From: Ignavibacteria bacterium | GTDB taxonomy: Bacteria > Bacteroidota > Ignavibacteria > UBA10030 > SZUA-254 | DNA: 64,000 nt | Assembly: GCA_031379665.1 (NCBI GenBank) | Contig: JANNFI010000080.1 | Coordinates: 31,376 to 95,375 of the forward strand | Reading direction: 5' to 3' | Notes under the pieces: model-generated | The model's input: only the letters and a program-made list of their open reading frames with translations | Told to the model about the DNA's origin: nothing | The model's database searches: none | Made by a program: the position numbers and the translations under genes | Shown here: positions 17,940 to 27,052 of the stretch, piece after piece | Position numbering within the stretch: the first letter of the stretch is position 1 | Layout: the number at the start of each line of letters is the position of its first letter

Positions 17940-19405
17940 TTTTCACCCAGGTAATCGGGCGCGCTATAGACTTCGATCGATGAGATGGCCGGAGCAGCCT
18001 TCGATGAGAGGACTGACAGCCGGACCTTTGAGGCGGTAACCTCCGGAAACTGCAGGATCCGCTTTCGGCCGGCGGTCGTGCCGGTCGCGACGCGCTTCCA
18101 TTCTCCGGATGAGGTGTACGCTTCGAGGCTGAACGATTTCACCCGCTGGCCGAGGGCGAGGTGTTCACGAATGAGGATGGTGTTGAATGCCTTCTCCCGG
18201 CCGAGGTCGATTTCTATCGAGGGCTCCACGGTGGAACCGGCTGCGCCCACGCCGATGTCAACATCCTTCGCCGCCCAGTACGTCCCGGCATCGGAATCTG
18301 TGACGGATGCGGCCTCGAAACCGTCGCGCGTACCATTAGACTGCGCCGATGCGCCCGCCGCGAGGTTCGCACCGTAAAACTCGTCGACCAGTTTCCGAAA
18401 ACCGACGAGTGATGCCGAGTCCTGAGGCGCGAAGCGGCCGTTCGGGCCGGGAGGAACGTTCAACAGGAGGGTCGAGCCGCGGCCCACCGAGAGCAGATGG
18501 AGCCGCATCAGGTCGCGGGGAGATTTTACGAGCGAGTCTTCGTTGGCGTGATAAAACCACCCGGGTCGAATCGAGACGTCGCATTCGCCGGGAATCCAGA
18601 ACGCCCCGTCCTCGTTGCCGCGGTTGAGCGTGTCCTGCGGGGGGCCGGTTGCGCCGCGCCCGAAACCGGCGGTGTCGAGCAGGTTCCAGTTCGTCTCGCC
18701 CGCGACGCCGTTCTCATTCCCCACCCACCGGAGGTCCGGGCCGACGTCGCTGAAGATCACCGTCGATGGCGATATTTCCCGGACGGTGTTCTCGTACCGG
18801 CGGAAGTCGTACTCCTGCCGTCGTCCGCCGGGGCCTTCACCGTTCGCGCCGTCCCACCAGAGCTCATAGATGGGGCCGTAGTCGGCGAAGATTTCCTTCA
18901 TCGTGTTGACGAAGACGTCGTTATACTCCAGGGTACCGTAAGCGGGGTGGTTCCGGTCCCAGGGGGAGATGTAGACGCCGAATTTCAGTCCGAATTCCCT
19001 GCACGTCTCCGAGAGGTCCTTCAGGACATCCCCCTTCCCGTCACGCCAGGGGCTTTCCCTCACCGTGTGCGCGCTGAACCGGCTCGGCCAGAGGCAGAAC
19101 CCGTCGTGGTGTTTCGCCGTGATGACGATCCCCTCCGCTCCGGCCGCCTTTGCGATGCGGCACCATTGCGCGGCATCGAACGCCGCCGGGTTGAAAAGCG
19201 ATTCGGGCTCCGTCCCCTTCCCCCACTCGTTGCCGGTGAACGTGTTCGGGCCGAAGTGGACGAAGATGAAGAGTTCCCTGTCGAGCCGGTCGAGCTGATG
19301 GCGCGTGGGGAGCGGGCCGACCGGTTCAAGCGGCTGTGAGCAGAGCGGGCCTGGCGAGACGAGGAGAGTCGTGAGGATTGCGACGACAACTAACGGCATC
19401 GACAT
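17936..19405 (-). CDS. GH29 alpha-L-fucosidase with a C-terminal discoidin-like domain
   Basis: FVHFGPNTFTGNEWG and VITAKHHDGFCLWPS are GH29 core motifs. ATG 19403-19405 overlaps the upstream TGA by 1 nt (TGATG). The ORF-track start at 19408 is GTG. Confidence 0.85.
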   Translation of the reverse strand: MSMPLVVVAILTTLLVSPGPLCSQPLEPVGPLPTRHQLDRLDRELFIFVHFGPNTFTGNEWGKGTEPESLFNPAAFDAAQWCRIAKAAGAEGIVITAKHHDGFCLWPSRFSAHTVRESPWRDGKGDVLKDLSETCREFGLKFGVYISPWDRNHPAYGTLEYNDVFVNTMKEIFADYGPIYELWWDGANGEGPGGRRQEYDFRRYENTVREISPSTVIFSDVGPDLRWVGNENGVAGETNWNLLDTAGFGRGATGPPQDTLNRGNEDGAFWIPGECDVSIRPGWFYHANEDSLVKSPRDLMRLHLLSVGRGSTLLLNVPPGPNGRFAPQDSASLVGFRKLVDEFYGANLAAGASAQSNGTRDGFEAASVTDSDAGTYWAAKDVDIGVGAAGSTVEPSIEIDLGREKAFNTILIREHLALGQRVKSFSLEAYTSSGEWKRVATGTTAGRKRILQFPEVTASKVRLSVLSSKAAPAISSIEVYSAPDYLGEK

Positions 19406-21375
19406 CACTCCATTTTCTCCACGACGCGCACACGCTTGTTGAATTTCTGGACGCCGTTCACGAAGACCTTCAGATAGTAACGCTGCGGGCCCCTGGAGGT
19501 GAGGTCGTAGGTGAACGAGCCGGCCTGAAGGTCGGGATAGTCGCGCGCTTCGATCACCTCCCCGCCCGGATCGGCGACGATCTTCACTGAAACCGCCGCG
19601 GGCGCGTTCGAAACATAGTCCATCGTCGTCACGCCGAGCGTCCGCGTCGGGAACAGACCGATGGCGGGCGCGGCGACCGGCACCGAAATAATGCGGCGAT
19701 CGTCACTCACGCGGAAGCCGTACCGGATCGAGCTCCCGAAGTCGGATTCGAAATTTTTCAGCATCATCCCAGCCAGATCGAAGAGCCTTACGTATCCCCG
19801 TCCACCCTTGACGTTGTACCAGAATTCCAGCCCGTCGCCCGCGGTGTCGGTCACCGTGAGCTCGTAACAGCCCGGGTCGAGCCGGAGCGTGTCGCGGTAG
19901 AGGGAGTCCGGGGCGAGCGTCCCGACCTTGACATCCCTCGCGACAGATCCGTCGCTTCGACGGACGACATACGCGGTCTGCGCCGGCTCGGCGTTCGTCT
20001 TCAGGACGAGGACGACCGGCGACCGGTGGGCGGGCGTCGCATCGAAGGGGACTATCAGCTCATTGTCGTCGGGAACGACGTCCTCCGCGTCGTTGACGGA
20101 CAGGAGCAGGACCCTGAAACGGTTTCCGCCGACCCGGGCGGGGATATCCCCCGGCAGGTCGATGAGCGCCGTGTCGTTGAACGCCAGGTTCCCCTTCCAG
20201 ACGAACGACCGCTCCTCGAACCCGATGGTTCCATAGCGGATGTAAAGGCTCGTGAGCGGTATCGCGCCGTTGTTCCGAACGACGACCCGGGCGCCTGCGC
20301 ACGCCGGGTTCAGCCGCCGGCCGGCGGCGTCCGTCGAGGGGACGACGATGCTGACGAGCGCGGCCTCGTTCTCCGCGGCCGGAGGGGAGTACTGCACAAG
20401 GTAGGCGCAGATCGCTTCGTTCGCCTGCGTGCCGGCGAGGACGTACGGCTCCATCTCGATGTCCACTGTGTGGACACTCCCGGGGGCGACCGCCAGATCG
20501 TAGACGTCCGGAGTCAGGAGGTCACCCGGACACCAGTTCGCCCTGTCGTAGATCCAGGTCCCCGCCTGCGGTGAGAGCGGGTTGTCGCCGCACTCTTTCC
20601 AGATACGTCTCGCGTCCACGACCTTTCCGTCGAACACGATCTCCCTGTACTTGCCGCAAAACTCTCCGCAGCCGCTGTCGTCTCCGCCGTGGCCGGTTTG
20701 GTAGACCAGCAGCCGAGCGAACGCGGCGCCCGCGGCGGCCGTGAATTTCACAGGGGCGAGAGAAGCGGTGATGGGCCGGGCCGTGTCGCCGTAGGGATAG
20801 TTGCCATCGTAGATTCGGGTGATCGAAATCGCCCGGGCCGGGGACGGGCCGCCGATGAACTCGAACTCCACCGAGATTCGCCAGCCGCGGTCGTTGTTCG
20901 GCTCGTAGCCACTGTGGTAATAATCGATTTCGACGCTATCGCGCAGCAGCGAGGCGAAATCGGTCACGTCGGTCGACCAGTCGAATTCCCAGTCGTGGTC
21001 GAACGCCCCGCCGTACGGCGTCAACATCCTGCCTATTTCATACCCGAGGGAATCGCCCGCCAGGCCCCCCTTCCTGCGCACTATTATATGGTCGAGGTAA
21101 TCCCAGTCGGCGCAGCGCATCGAATCGGGACAGCCGAACCGAACGCGCATCGTCGCTTTCCGCACTGAAAAGTCAGCCCGGGGGAAGACCGCCCATCGCG
21201 GATACGACCTGAATCCGGTGGAGGGATCGGTACCCACGGTGACGTCGGAGTGCGTCACCACGCGAATCGTGTCCGCGGCGGCGGCCGTTCCGGGCGTAAA
21301 AAATATCGCGCAGGGGAGGAACACGCAGAGGAGAATTGCCCAAGCCGGCGCTTTCAGGTCAGGAAACGGTTTCAT
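19405..21375 (-). CDS. PNGase F family peptide-N4-(N-acetyl-beta-glucosaminyl)asparagine amidase homologue with a ~320 aa C-terminal extension
   Basis: Collinear with Elizabethkingia PNGase F as I recall it: CADWDYLDH vs CDEWDRYAN; YEIGRMLTPY vs YEIGRFITPY; TDVTDFASLL vs IDVTDFKSLL; GCGEFCGKY vs GCAEWCFRT; DRANWCPG vs DRAGWCPG. Signal peptide present. Confidence 0.8.
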   Translation of the reverse strand: MKPFPDLKAPAWAILLCVFLPCAIFFTPGTAAAADTIRVVTHSDVTVGTDPSTGFRSYPRWAVFPRADFSVRKATMRVRFGCPDSMRCADWDYLDHIIVRRKGGLAGDSLGYEIGRMLTPYGGAFDHDWEFDWSTDVTDFASLLRDSVEIDYYHSGYEPNNDRGWRISVEFEFIGGPSPARAISITRIYDGNYPYGDTARPITASLAPVKFTAAAGAAFARLLVYQTGHGGDDSGCGEFCGKYREIVFDGKVVDARRIWKECGDNPLSPQAGTWIYDRANWCPGDLLTPDVYDLAVAPGSVHTVDIEMEPYVLAGTQANEAICAYLVQYSPPAAENEAALVSIVVPSTDAAGRRLNPACAGARVVVRNNGAIPLTSLYIRYGTIGFEERSFVWKGNLAFNDTALIDLPGDIPARVGGNRFRVLLLSVNDAEDVVPDDNELIVPFDATPAHRSPVVLVLKTNAEPAQTAYVVRRSDGSVARDVKVGTLAPDSLYRDTLRLDPGCYELTVTDTAGDGLEFWYNVKGGRGYVRLFDLAGMMLKNFESDFGSSIRYGFRVSDDRRIISVPVAAPAIGLFPTRTLGVTTMDYVSNAPAAVSVKIVADPGGEVIEARDYPDLQAGSFTYDLTSRGPQRYYLKVFVNGVQKFNKRVRVVEKME

Positions 21376-21387
21376 CACAGGCCCCCG

Positions 21388-23808
21388 TCATTCGATGATG
21401 ATCTCGTCCACGAAGAGCCACGAGTCCTTCCCCGCGCCCTGCTTGCCGTCGGGGATCAGACCAGCGTTTTTCGCCACCACCCGGATGTACCTGGCGCTAC
21501 GCGCTGAAAATTCGATCCGTTGAACGTTCCCGGCCGAGCGAATCTGTTCGGCAGTCAATGTTCCGGCGCTCGAGAAGGCGGCCCCGTCGTCGGAGACGAA
21601 CACCTCGATCTTCTTCGGAAGATGGATCCAGCTCCCTTCGCCTTCGAAGACGTCGAGCGTCACCGAGGAGACGATCCCACTCTTTCCGAGGTCGACCATC
21701 GCGTCGAGGTCCGGACCCCAGAACCCGATCCAGTCCTTCCCGAACCTTGAGAAATCCCCCCTGATGCCGTCGGTGAGCGTCGCCGGGCCGGAGCCGGGAT
21801 AGTTTTTGTGCGGGGGCTCCTTCAGCGTCACCCCCTTCCCGGTCGAGAGACATACGGTAAAGCGCTGATCGATGGCCGGCCCCTGGATGGCCCCGTCCCT
21901 GAAGTACGCCGCGCGGACGATCATCGAGGTGTCGATGGGGATGGGCGATTCGTACTCCGACGACGAAGTCGTTGGTGCAGAGCCGTCGGAAGTGTACCTG
22001 ATCTCGCCACCCGGAAGTGGGGTCGAGAGCTCGTAGAGCATTCCGCCCTCGCCCCCGGGAGCGGGCTTCGGTGAGGCCTTCAATTGAAAAAGCGAGCGGG
22101 AGTAGTTCACGTCCAGCACGTCGAGCCGCCGGAGGTGTTCCGTCACCCGGAGAAGGAAATCGTTCCAATTCCTGTTGCCCGGCGGGCTCCAGACAACTTC
22201 GGCGAGCGCCGCCATCCGGGGGAGCGCCATATATTCCACCTGGTCGGTCGTCGTAATGTATTCGGTCCAGACATTCCCCTGGGCGCCGAGGATGAACCCC
22301 GCCTCCCTTGGGCTGAGGCCCGGTGGGATCGGTTCGTACGAATAAACTTTTTCGAGCGTCGTGTAGCCGCCGATCGCCAGCGGTTCGAATTTCGGCTCCC
22401 CCTGGTAGTGATCGAAGTAGCAGTGGGACCCCGGGCTCATTACCGCGTAGTGCGACTGCCTCGCGGCCGCGATGCCCCCTTCCTCCCCCCGCCAGCTCAT
22501 CACCGCGGCGTTGGGGGCGAGGCCGCCTTCGAGGATCTCGTCCCAGCCGATGAGCCGCTTTCCCTTCGAGTTCAGGAACTTTTCGATGCGGCCGACGAAC
22601 CAGCTCTGCAGTTCCTCCTCGCCCTTCAGTCCTTCCGATTTGATGCGTGCCTGGCAGGAGTCGCAGCCCTTCCACCTCGTCTTCGGCACCTCGTCACCAC
22701 CGATGTGGATGTAGGGCCCCGGGAAGAGGTCGCTCACCTCCGACAGGACGTTCTCGAGGAACCCGAACACGGTGTCCTTCGTGCAGAATACGTCCTCGTA
22801 AACTCCCCACGCCTTCCCCACCTCGAACGGCCCGCCGGAGCAGGAGAGTTCCGGGTGCGCGGCGAGCGCCGCCATCGAATGGCCGGGGAGTTCGATCTCC
22901 GGAACGACCGTCACGTTACGCAGCGCGGCGTAGTTGACAACCTCCCTGATCTCCGCCTGCGTGTAGAACCCCCCGTACCGGACGACATCGAATTTCATGT
23001 CGCTGTACGGACCGATCATCGAGCCGCTCCTCCACGCGCCGACATCCGTCAGCCGCGGGTACCGCCGTATCTCGACGCGCCAACCCTGATCGTCGGTCAG
23101 GTGCCAGTGAAAGATGTTCATTTTATGGAGCGCGAGGAGGTCGATGTATTTCTTGACGAAGTCCACGGGGAAGAAATGCCTCGAGACGTCAAGGTGCATC
23201 CCCCTCCAGGGAAACCGGGGGGTGTCCACGATCGAGACGCAGGGGATGATCCAGTCGATGCCACGATCGTCGTCACCCTTCGGGGCCCTGCCGAAGGCCT
23301 CGGGGGGGAGCAACTGGAGGAGCGTCATCGCGCCATACATCAGCCCGGCCGCTGAGTTGGCCCCGATCAGGATGTTGGCCTCGTTGACGACGAGCCGGTA
23401 TCCCTCGGCACCGAATTCCTCCTCGTCAAAAATCATCACGCCGATGTAATTGTTGTTCGTGCGTTCGTTGTCGAGCATCATCACGCCCTGCCTGGAGCCC
23501 ACCTGAATTTCTGCGAGCGACAGCCCGGTCGCCTTCCGGATCCGGTCCGCGAGGAACATCGCGCCCGAAGCCGCCCTTGGATTGTCGTGGTCGAACGCGA
23601 GGATGGTCTGGGCGTCCAGCTCGAAGTCTCCCTCCCGTACCTCCAGGAGCGACGGTCTCGGGATGACGGTGATTCGCGGCGGCTCCGGGTCGTCACCCCG
23701 GGGGGACGCAAGCGACGGAATGACCGTCCCTGCCGCAAGAACGGAGCACAGAAGCGCTGCCGCGAGATCCCGGAGGACGATACGGTTGGGAAACTTGGAA
23801 ATATTCAT
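21388..23808 (-). CDS. GH20 beta-N-acetylhexosaminidase with CHB_HEX_C-like and discoidin-like C-terminal modules
   Basis: GMHLDVSRHFFPVDFVKKYIDLLALHKMNIFHWHLTDDQGWRVEI and HIGGDEV are GH20 catalytic-region motifs. IRYTSDGSAPTTSS is a CHB_HEX_C-like motif. Signal peptide present. Confidence 0.9.
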   Translation of the reverse strand: MNISKFPNRIVLRDLAAALLCSVLAAGTVIPSLASPRGDDPEPPRITVIPRPSLLEVREGDFELDAQTILAFDHDNPRAASGAMFLADRIRKATGLSLAEIQVGSRQGVMMLDNERTNNNYIGVMIFDEEEFGAEGYRLVVNEANILIGANSAAGLMYGAMTLLQLLPPEAFGRAPKGDDDRGIDWIIPCVSIVDTPRFPWRGMHLDVSRHFFPVDFVKKYIDLLALHKMNIFHWHLTDDQGWRVEIRRYPRLTDVGAWRSGSMIGPYSDMKFDVVRYGGFYTQAEIREVVNYAALRNVTVVPEIELPGHSMAALAAHPELSCSGGPFEVGKAWGVYEDVFCTKDTVFGFLENVLSEVSDLFPGPYIHIGGDEVPKTRWKGCDSCQARIKSEGLKGEEELQSWFVGRIEKFLNSKGKRLIGWDEILEGGLAPNAAVMSWRGEEGGIAAARQSHYAVMSPGSHCYFDHYQGEPKFEPLAIGGYTTLEKVYSYEPIPPGLSPREAGFILGAQGNVWTEYITTTDQVEYMALPRMAALAEVVWSPPGNRNWNDFLLRVTEHLRRLDVLDVNYSRSLFQLKASPKPAPGGEGGMLYELSTPLPGGEIRYTSDGSAPTTSSSEYESPIPIDTSMIVRAAYFRDGAIQGPAIDQRFTVCLSTGKGVTLKEPPHKNYPGSGPATLTDGIRGDFSRFGKDWIGFWGPDLDAMVDLGKSGIVSSVTLDVFEGEGSWIHLPKKIEVFVSDDGAAFSSAGTLTAEQIRSAGNVQRIEFSARSARYIRVVAKNAGLIPDGKQGAGKDSWLFVDEIIIE

Positions 23809-23840
23809 TCTCGACCTGCAACCTTATTGATGAATAAATT

Positions 23841-24650
23841 TTATCCGGCGAGTTCTCGCCGGACCCCGGGGATGTCGGCCGGCTGCGTGAGGTCGGGAAC
23901 CCGTTCCGACGCGCTGATCGCGAAGACGCTCCCCGGCCGTTCCGAGGCCATCATCCGGACCGCGACAGGCAGTTCCTTCTCGTTGCGTACCGGGTGGAGG
24001 GGCACCGATTCGAGAAATGGGATGATATCGTCGACGCTGAACCGGAAGATGTTCATACTCACGCCGATCCGGCCGTTCCCGTCGGCGGCCGCGGCGATGT
24101 CTGCCGGCGATGGCTTCTCGATGATCTCCGTTACGAAACCCGAACGGTCGGTCTTCAGTACGGCGAACTGCGACGTCCGTTCCGGTGGGAATCCCAATGC
24201 GTCCCTGTCGTAATTCACGAGGGCGTTGGGGTGGGGGTCGTCCAACAGCGTCTTGAGTACGTCGACGGAATAGATATTATCGCTGTTGCACACCGTGCAT
24301 TTCCCGCCGCGCCAGGCGCGCCGCGCCGCCAGGACGATCGCGAGGGCGTCGGCGGTACCGAGCGGCTTCGTCCTGCCGGCCGGAATCCGCTGGACGACGT
24401 ATGAAATCGCGAGCGAGGGAAAATCATTCGCGTGTCCACCGGCCGCATAGTGGTCGGTGATGGACGAATCGCGCTCGCCGGTGACGATCACAACCTCGGC
24501 GTATCCGGCGGCCGCGATGTTGGAGAGGCAGAAGTCGAGGAAGGGTCGATCGCCCGACCCCACCGGTATCATCGCCTTGGCCATCCCGACGGCGGCCTGT
24601 TTCATCCGGGACGACATCCCGCCGGCGAGCACGACGATGCGGCGATCCAT
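23841..24650 (-). CDS. sugar-1-phosphate nucleotidylyltransferase family protein
   Basis: VVLAGGMSSRM (G-rich NTP loop) and KPLGTADA motifs. No signal peptide. ATG overlaps the kinase TGA by 1 nt (TGATG at 24650). Confidence 0.75.
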   Translation of the reverse strand: MDRRIVVLAGGMSSRMKQAAVGMAKAMIPVGSGDRPFLDFCLSNIAAAGYAEVVIVTGERDSSITDHYAAGGHANDFPSLAISYVVQRIPAGRTKPLGTADALAIVLAARRAWRGGKCTVCNSDNIYSVDVLKTLLDDPHPNALVNYDRDALGFPPERTSQFAVLKTDRSGFVTEIIEKPSPADIAAAADGNGRIGVSMNIFRFSVDDIIPFLESVPLHPVRNEKELPVAVRMMASERPGSVFAISASERVPDLTQPADIPGVRRELAG

Positions 24651-25789
24651 CAGTCAGGCCCTCCCGTGGGTTCGTTCCTCGTCCCCGCGTCCACGGTGAT
24701 GACGTATGCCTCGCCGCCGAGGGCGGTGATCGCCGCGGCCACGGCCTCCGCGGTGTCGGGCGCGTACGCGAACATACAGCCGCCGCCCCCCGAGCCGTTG
24801 ATCTTGCACCCGGCGGCGCCGGCGCGCAGAGCGGCGTCGATCATACCATCGATCTTCGGCGTCGATATTTCGAGCGCGCCGCCGAGGATCGATTGCTGTT
24901 CGTTCAGCATCTCCCCGAGCGCCCTGGCGTCTGGTTCCGCTTTCTTCAACAGTTCATAGCCCTCGCGCGTGATATCCCTGTTCCTGAGCGTCGCCCTGAT
25001 GAAATTCCTGTCGCCGGCTGCGTGTTCCTCGAGGAAATGGTCCACCTCCGATGGATGGACGGTGTGGAGGGAGAAATCAGGATGGCGTCCCCGCACCGAC
25101 GTCACGATGTCGAGCACGCGCGTCTTGGTCTTCGCAAGGATCGCCTGCGTGTCCTTCTGCGCAAGCGAATCTCCGAGGACGAATTTCCCGAGCCGGGCCG
25201 GGAGCGCCTCGATGCGGGTCTCGGGAAAGAACGACTGGAAGAGGAGGCCGCCGATCGCCGTCGCGTACTGGTCCATCTGTCCTCCAACGCCGCCGGCCAT
25301 AACGACCTCGGCCCTGTGCGCCAGGAGGGCACACTCGTCGGGCGAGAGCGCGCGCTCCTGGTCGCTCATTTGGGAGAGGAGCCCGATCCAGGAGACGACC
25401 ATCGCGGACGAACTCGAGGTGCCTCCCCTGATCGGGATGTCGCCGCGGATCGTACAATCGAACCCGGTGGAAAACGTGAGGCCTTCCTTCCGGAGGGCTT
25501 CGACGCCGTTAATGAGGAATTTCCTCCAGCCGACCGCGCCCAGGCCGAACCTTTCGCCGACCCAGTCGGGGGTCGCGTCGAGGTCGAAACCGAACTCCTT
25601 CGAAATATCGGGCGCGATCACCCTCACGTGGAGATCGGGCCGTAGCCTGCCCTCGATCCCGAGCCTCAGCGAAATCGCAGCGGAGATGACGGGAAGGTCG
25701 AGGTAGTCCTGGTGCTCGCCAAAAAGACAAACCCTGCCGGGCGTCGAAACCCGCCAGGGACCCGGGTTCCGGGATGGTCGGCTGCTCAT
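24650..25789 (-). CDS. GHMP-family sugar kinase (galactokinase-like)
   Basis: GRVCLFGEHQDYLDLPV (galactokinase signature-like) and IPIRGGTSSSSAMVVS (GHMP motif II). Cytoplasmic. First gene of the long minus-strand operon. Confidence 0.8.
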   Translation of the reverse strand: MSSRPSRNPGPWRVSTPGRVCLFGEHQDYLDLPVISAAISLRLGIEGRLRPDLHVRVIAPDISKEFGFDLDATPDWVGERFGLGAVGWRKFLINGVEALRKEGLTFSTGFDCTIRGDIPIRGGTSSSSAMVVSWIGLLSQMSDQERALSPDECALLAHRAEVVMAGGVGGQMDQYATAIGGLLFQSFFPETRIEALPARLGKFVLGDSLAQKDTQAILAKTKTRVLDIVTSVRGRHPDFSLHTVHPSEVDHFLEEHAAGDRNFIRATLRNRDITREGYELLKKAEPDARALGEMLNEQQSILGGALEISTPKIDGMIDAALRAGAAGCKINGSGGGGCMFAYAPDTAEAVAAAITALGGEAYVITVDAGTRNEPTGGPD

Positions 25790-25970
25790 GAGGGGTGCGG
25801 GAATTATAGTCGTTGGGAATGCGGCGGTAAGATAATTAATATTTCAGGATGGGTCAATTTCATCGAATCGCACACACCCGACCGGCGGAACCGGATCGCG
25901 GCGATCGGCGTTACCACCCTTATATGGACCTCAGAACAACCTGCCGCCGTATGCCTCTTGCCGCAAGGAT

Positions 25971-25999
25971 TTGTATATTATAGTCAATCGATACATTTC
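25971..25999 (+). promoter_or_regulatory. candidate -33/-7 type promoter for the lipoprotein gene
   Basis: TTG (25971-25973), an 18-nt spacer, then TACATTTC (25992-25999), about 57 nt upstream of ATG 26057. Confidence 0.3.
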
Positions 26000-26056
26000 C
26001 AATCATTTCGGCGAATTCCCGGGGTTTCGGACGCCGACATCAGAAGGAGTCATACC

Positions 26057-26923
26057 ATGAAGTACGCAATCCTGCTCATTCTCGCGGCATTCCTCCTCGT
26101 CGGGTGTAGCGGCCGCGCGGAAGAGCTCGAGAAACAGAATGCCGCCCTCCAGCAGCAAAACAAGGATCTTTCGCAGGACCTCACGTCGCAGGACGAATAC
26201 ATCGACGAGGTTGTGACCTCGGTCAACGAAGTGTACCTGAGCATCGAAGCCGCCCGCGCCAGCGAGAAAAACCTGCTGAGCGAATCGAAGGGCATCGAGG
26301 GAACGAAGGCGAAAAACAAGGACGACGTGCGGAAGGACCTCCTGGGCCGTATCGCCACGGTGAACGAAAACCTCCAGGCGAACTACAAGAAAGTGGATGA
26401 CCTGCAGAAGAAGGTAAACTCCTCACGCAAGCAGTCCGGCGCGCTCCAGACGATGGTCGACAACCTCCGCAAGACCATCGAAGAACGCGAGCAGTCGATC
26501 GCGGCCCTCGAGATGAAAGTGAGTGGCCTCGAAGGCGAAGTCGCGGCGAAGAGCGAGGTGGTGCGGCAGCGCGAACTTGTGATCGACGCGCAGAAGAAGG
26601 AAATCGCGACGGTGTACTACGTGATCGGCACGAAGAAGGAACTGGAAGAGAAGGGGATCATCAAGGACGAAGGCGGGTTCCTCTGGGGCCTCGTCGGCTC
26701 GACGACCACCCTGGCGAGCGGCCTCGACCCATCGTACTTCACACCGATCGACAGGGCGCGAAACACCACTTTCCGGGTCGAGGGGAAGATCCGCGAAATC
26801 CTCCCGAAACGGAACGCCGAGTATTACACGCAACAGAAGAACGAAGGCGGCGAATCGGTCCTGACGGTCGCCGACCTGGACCATTTCTGGAGGGACAAGT
26901 ATCTGGTCATCCTCACGGATTGA
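26057..26923 (+). CDS. coiled-coil lipoprotein, unknown function
   Basis: MKYAILLILAAFLLVGC lipobox, long heptad-like Q/E/K/L-rich region and a globular C-terminal domain. The 403-aa ORF-track version adds an implausible N-terminal extension. Confidence 0.7.
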   Translation: MKYAILLILAAFLLVGCSGRAEELEKQNAALQQQNKDLSQDLTSQDEYIDEVVTSVNEVYLSIEAARASEKNLLSESKGIEGTKAKNKDDVRKDLLGRIATVNENLQANYKKVDDLQKKVNSSRKQSGALQTMVDNLRKTIEEREQSIAALEMKVSGLEGEVAAKSEVVRQRELVIDAQKKEIATVYYVIGTKKELEEKGIIKDEGGFLWGLVGSTTTLASGLDPSYFTPIDRARNTTFRVEGKIREILPKRNAEYYTQQKNEGGESVLTVADLDHFWRDKYLVILTD

Positions 26924-26966
26924 GGCCGACCCTCCCGGGTCCCGCAGGCCTCCCGATCCAGACAGC

Positions 26967-27000
26967 GCCGCTTCTCCCATTGGGAGGAGCGGCTTTTTTT
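26967..27000 (+). terminator. intrinsic terminator
   Basis: GCCGCTTCTCCC-ATT-GGGAGGAGCGGC gives a 12-bp stem with one G:U pair, followed by TTTTTTT. It lies 44 nt after the stop at 26923. Confidence 0.65.
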
Positions 27001-27052
27001 GTGGAGGTTATAACGATAATCTCAGTATATTCCATCCGTCAAACGATACACG

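Noticed and set aside
25712-26056. N-terminal 115-aa extension of the lipoprotein ORF (the 403-aa version)
   Set aside because: The extension covers the AT-rich divergent promoter region and overlaps the kinase gene start. A canonical lipoprotein signal begins at ATG 26057.
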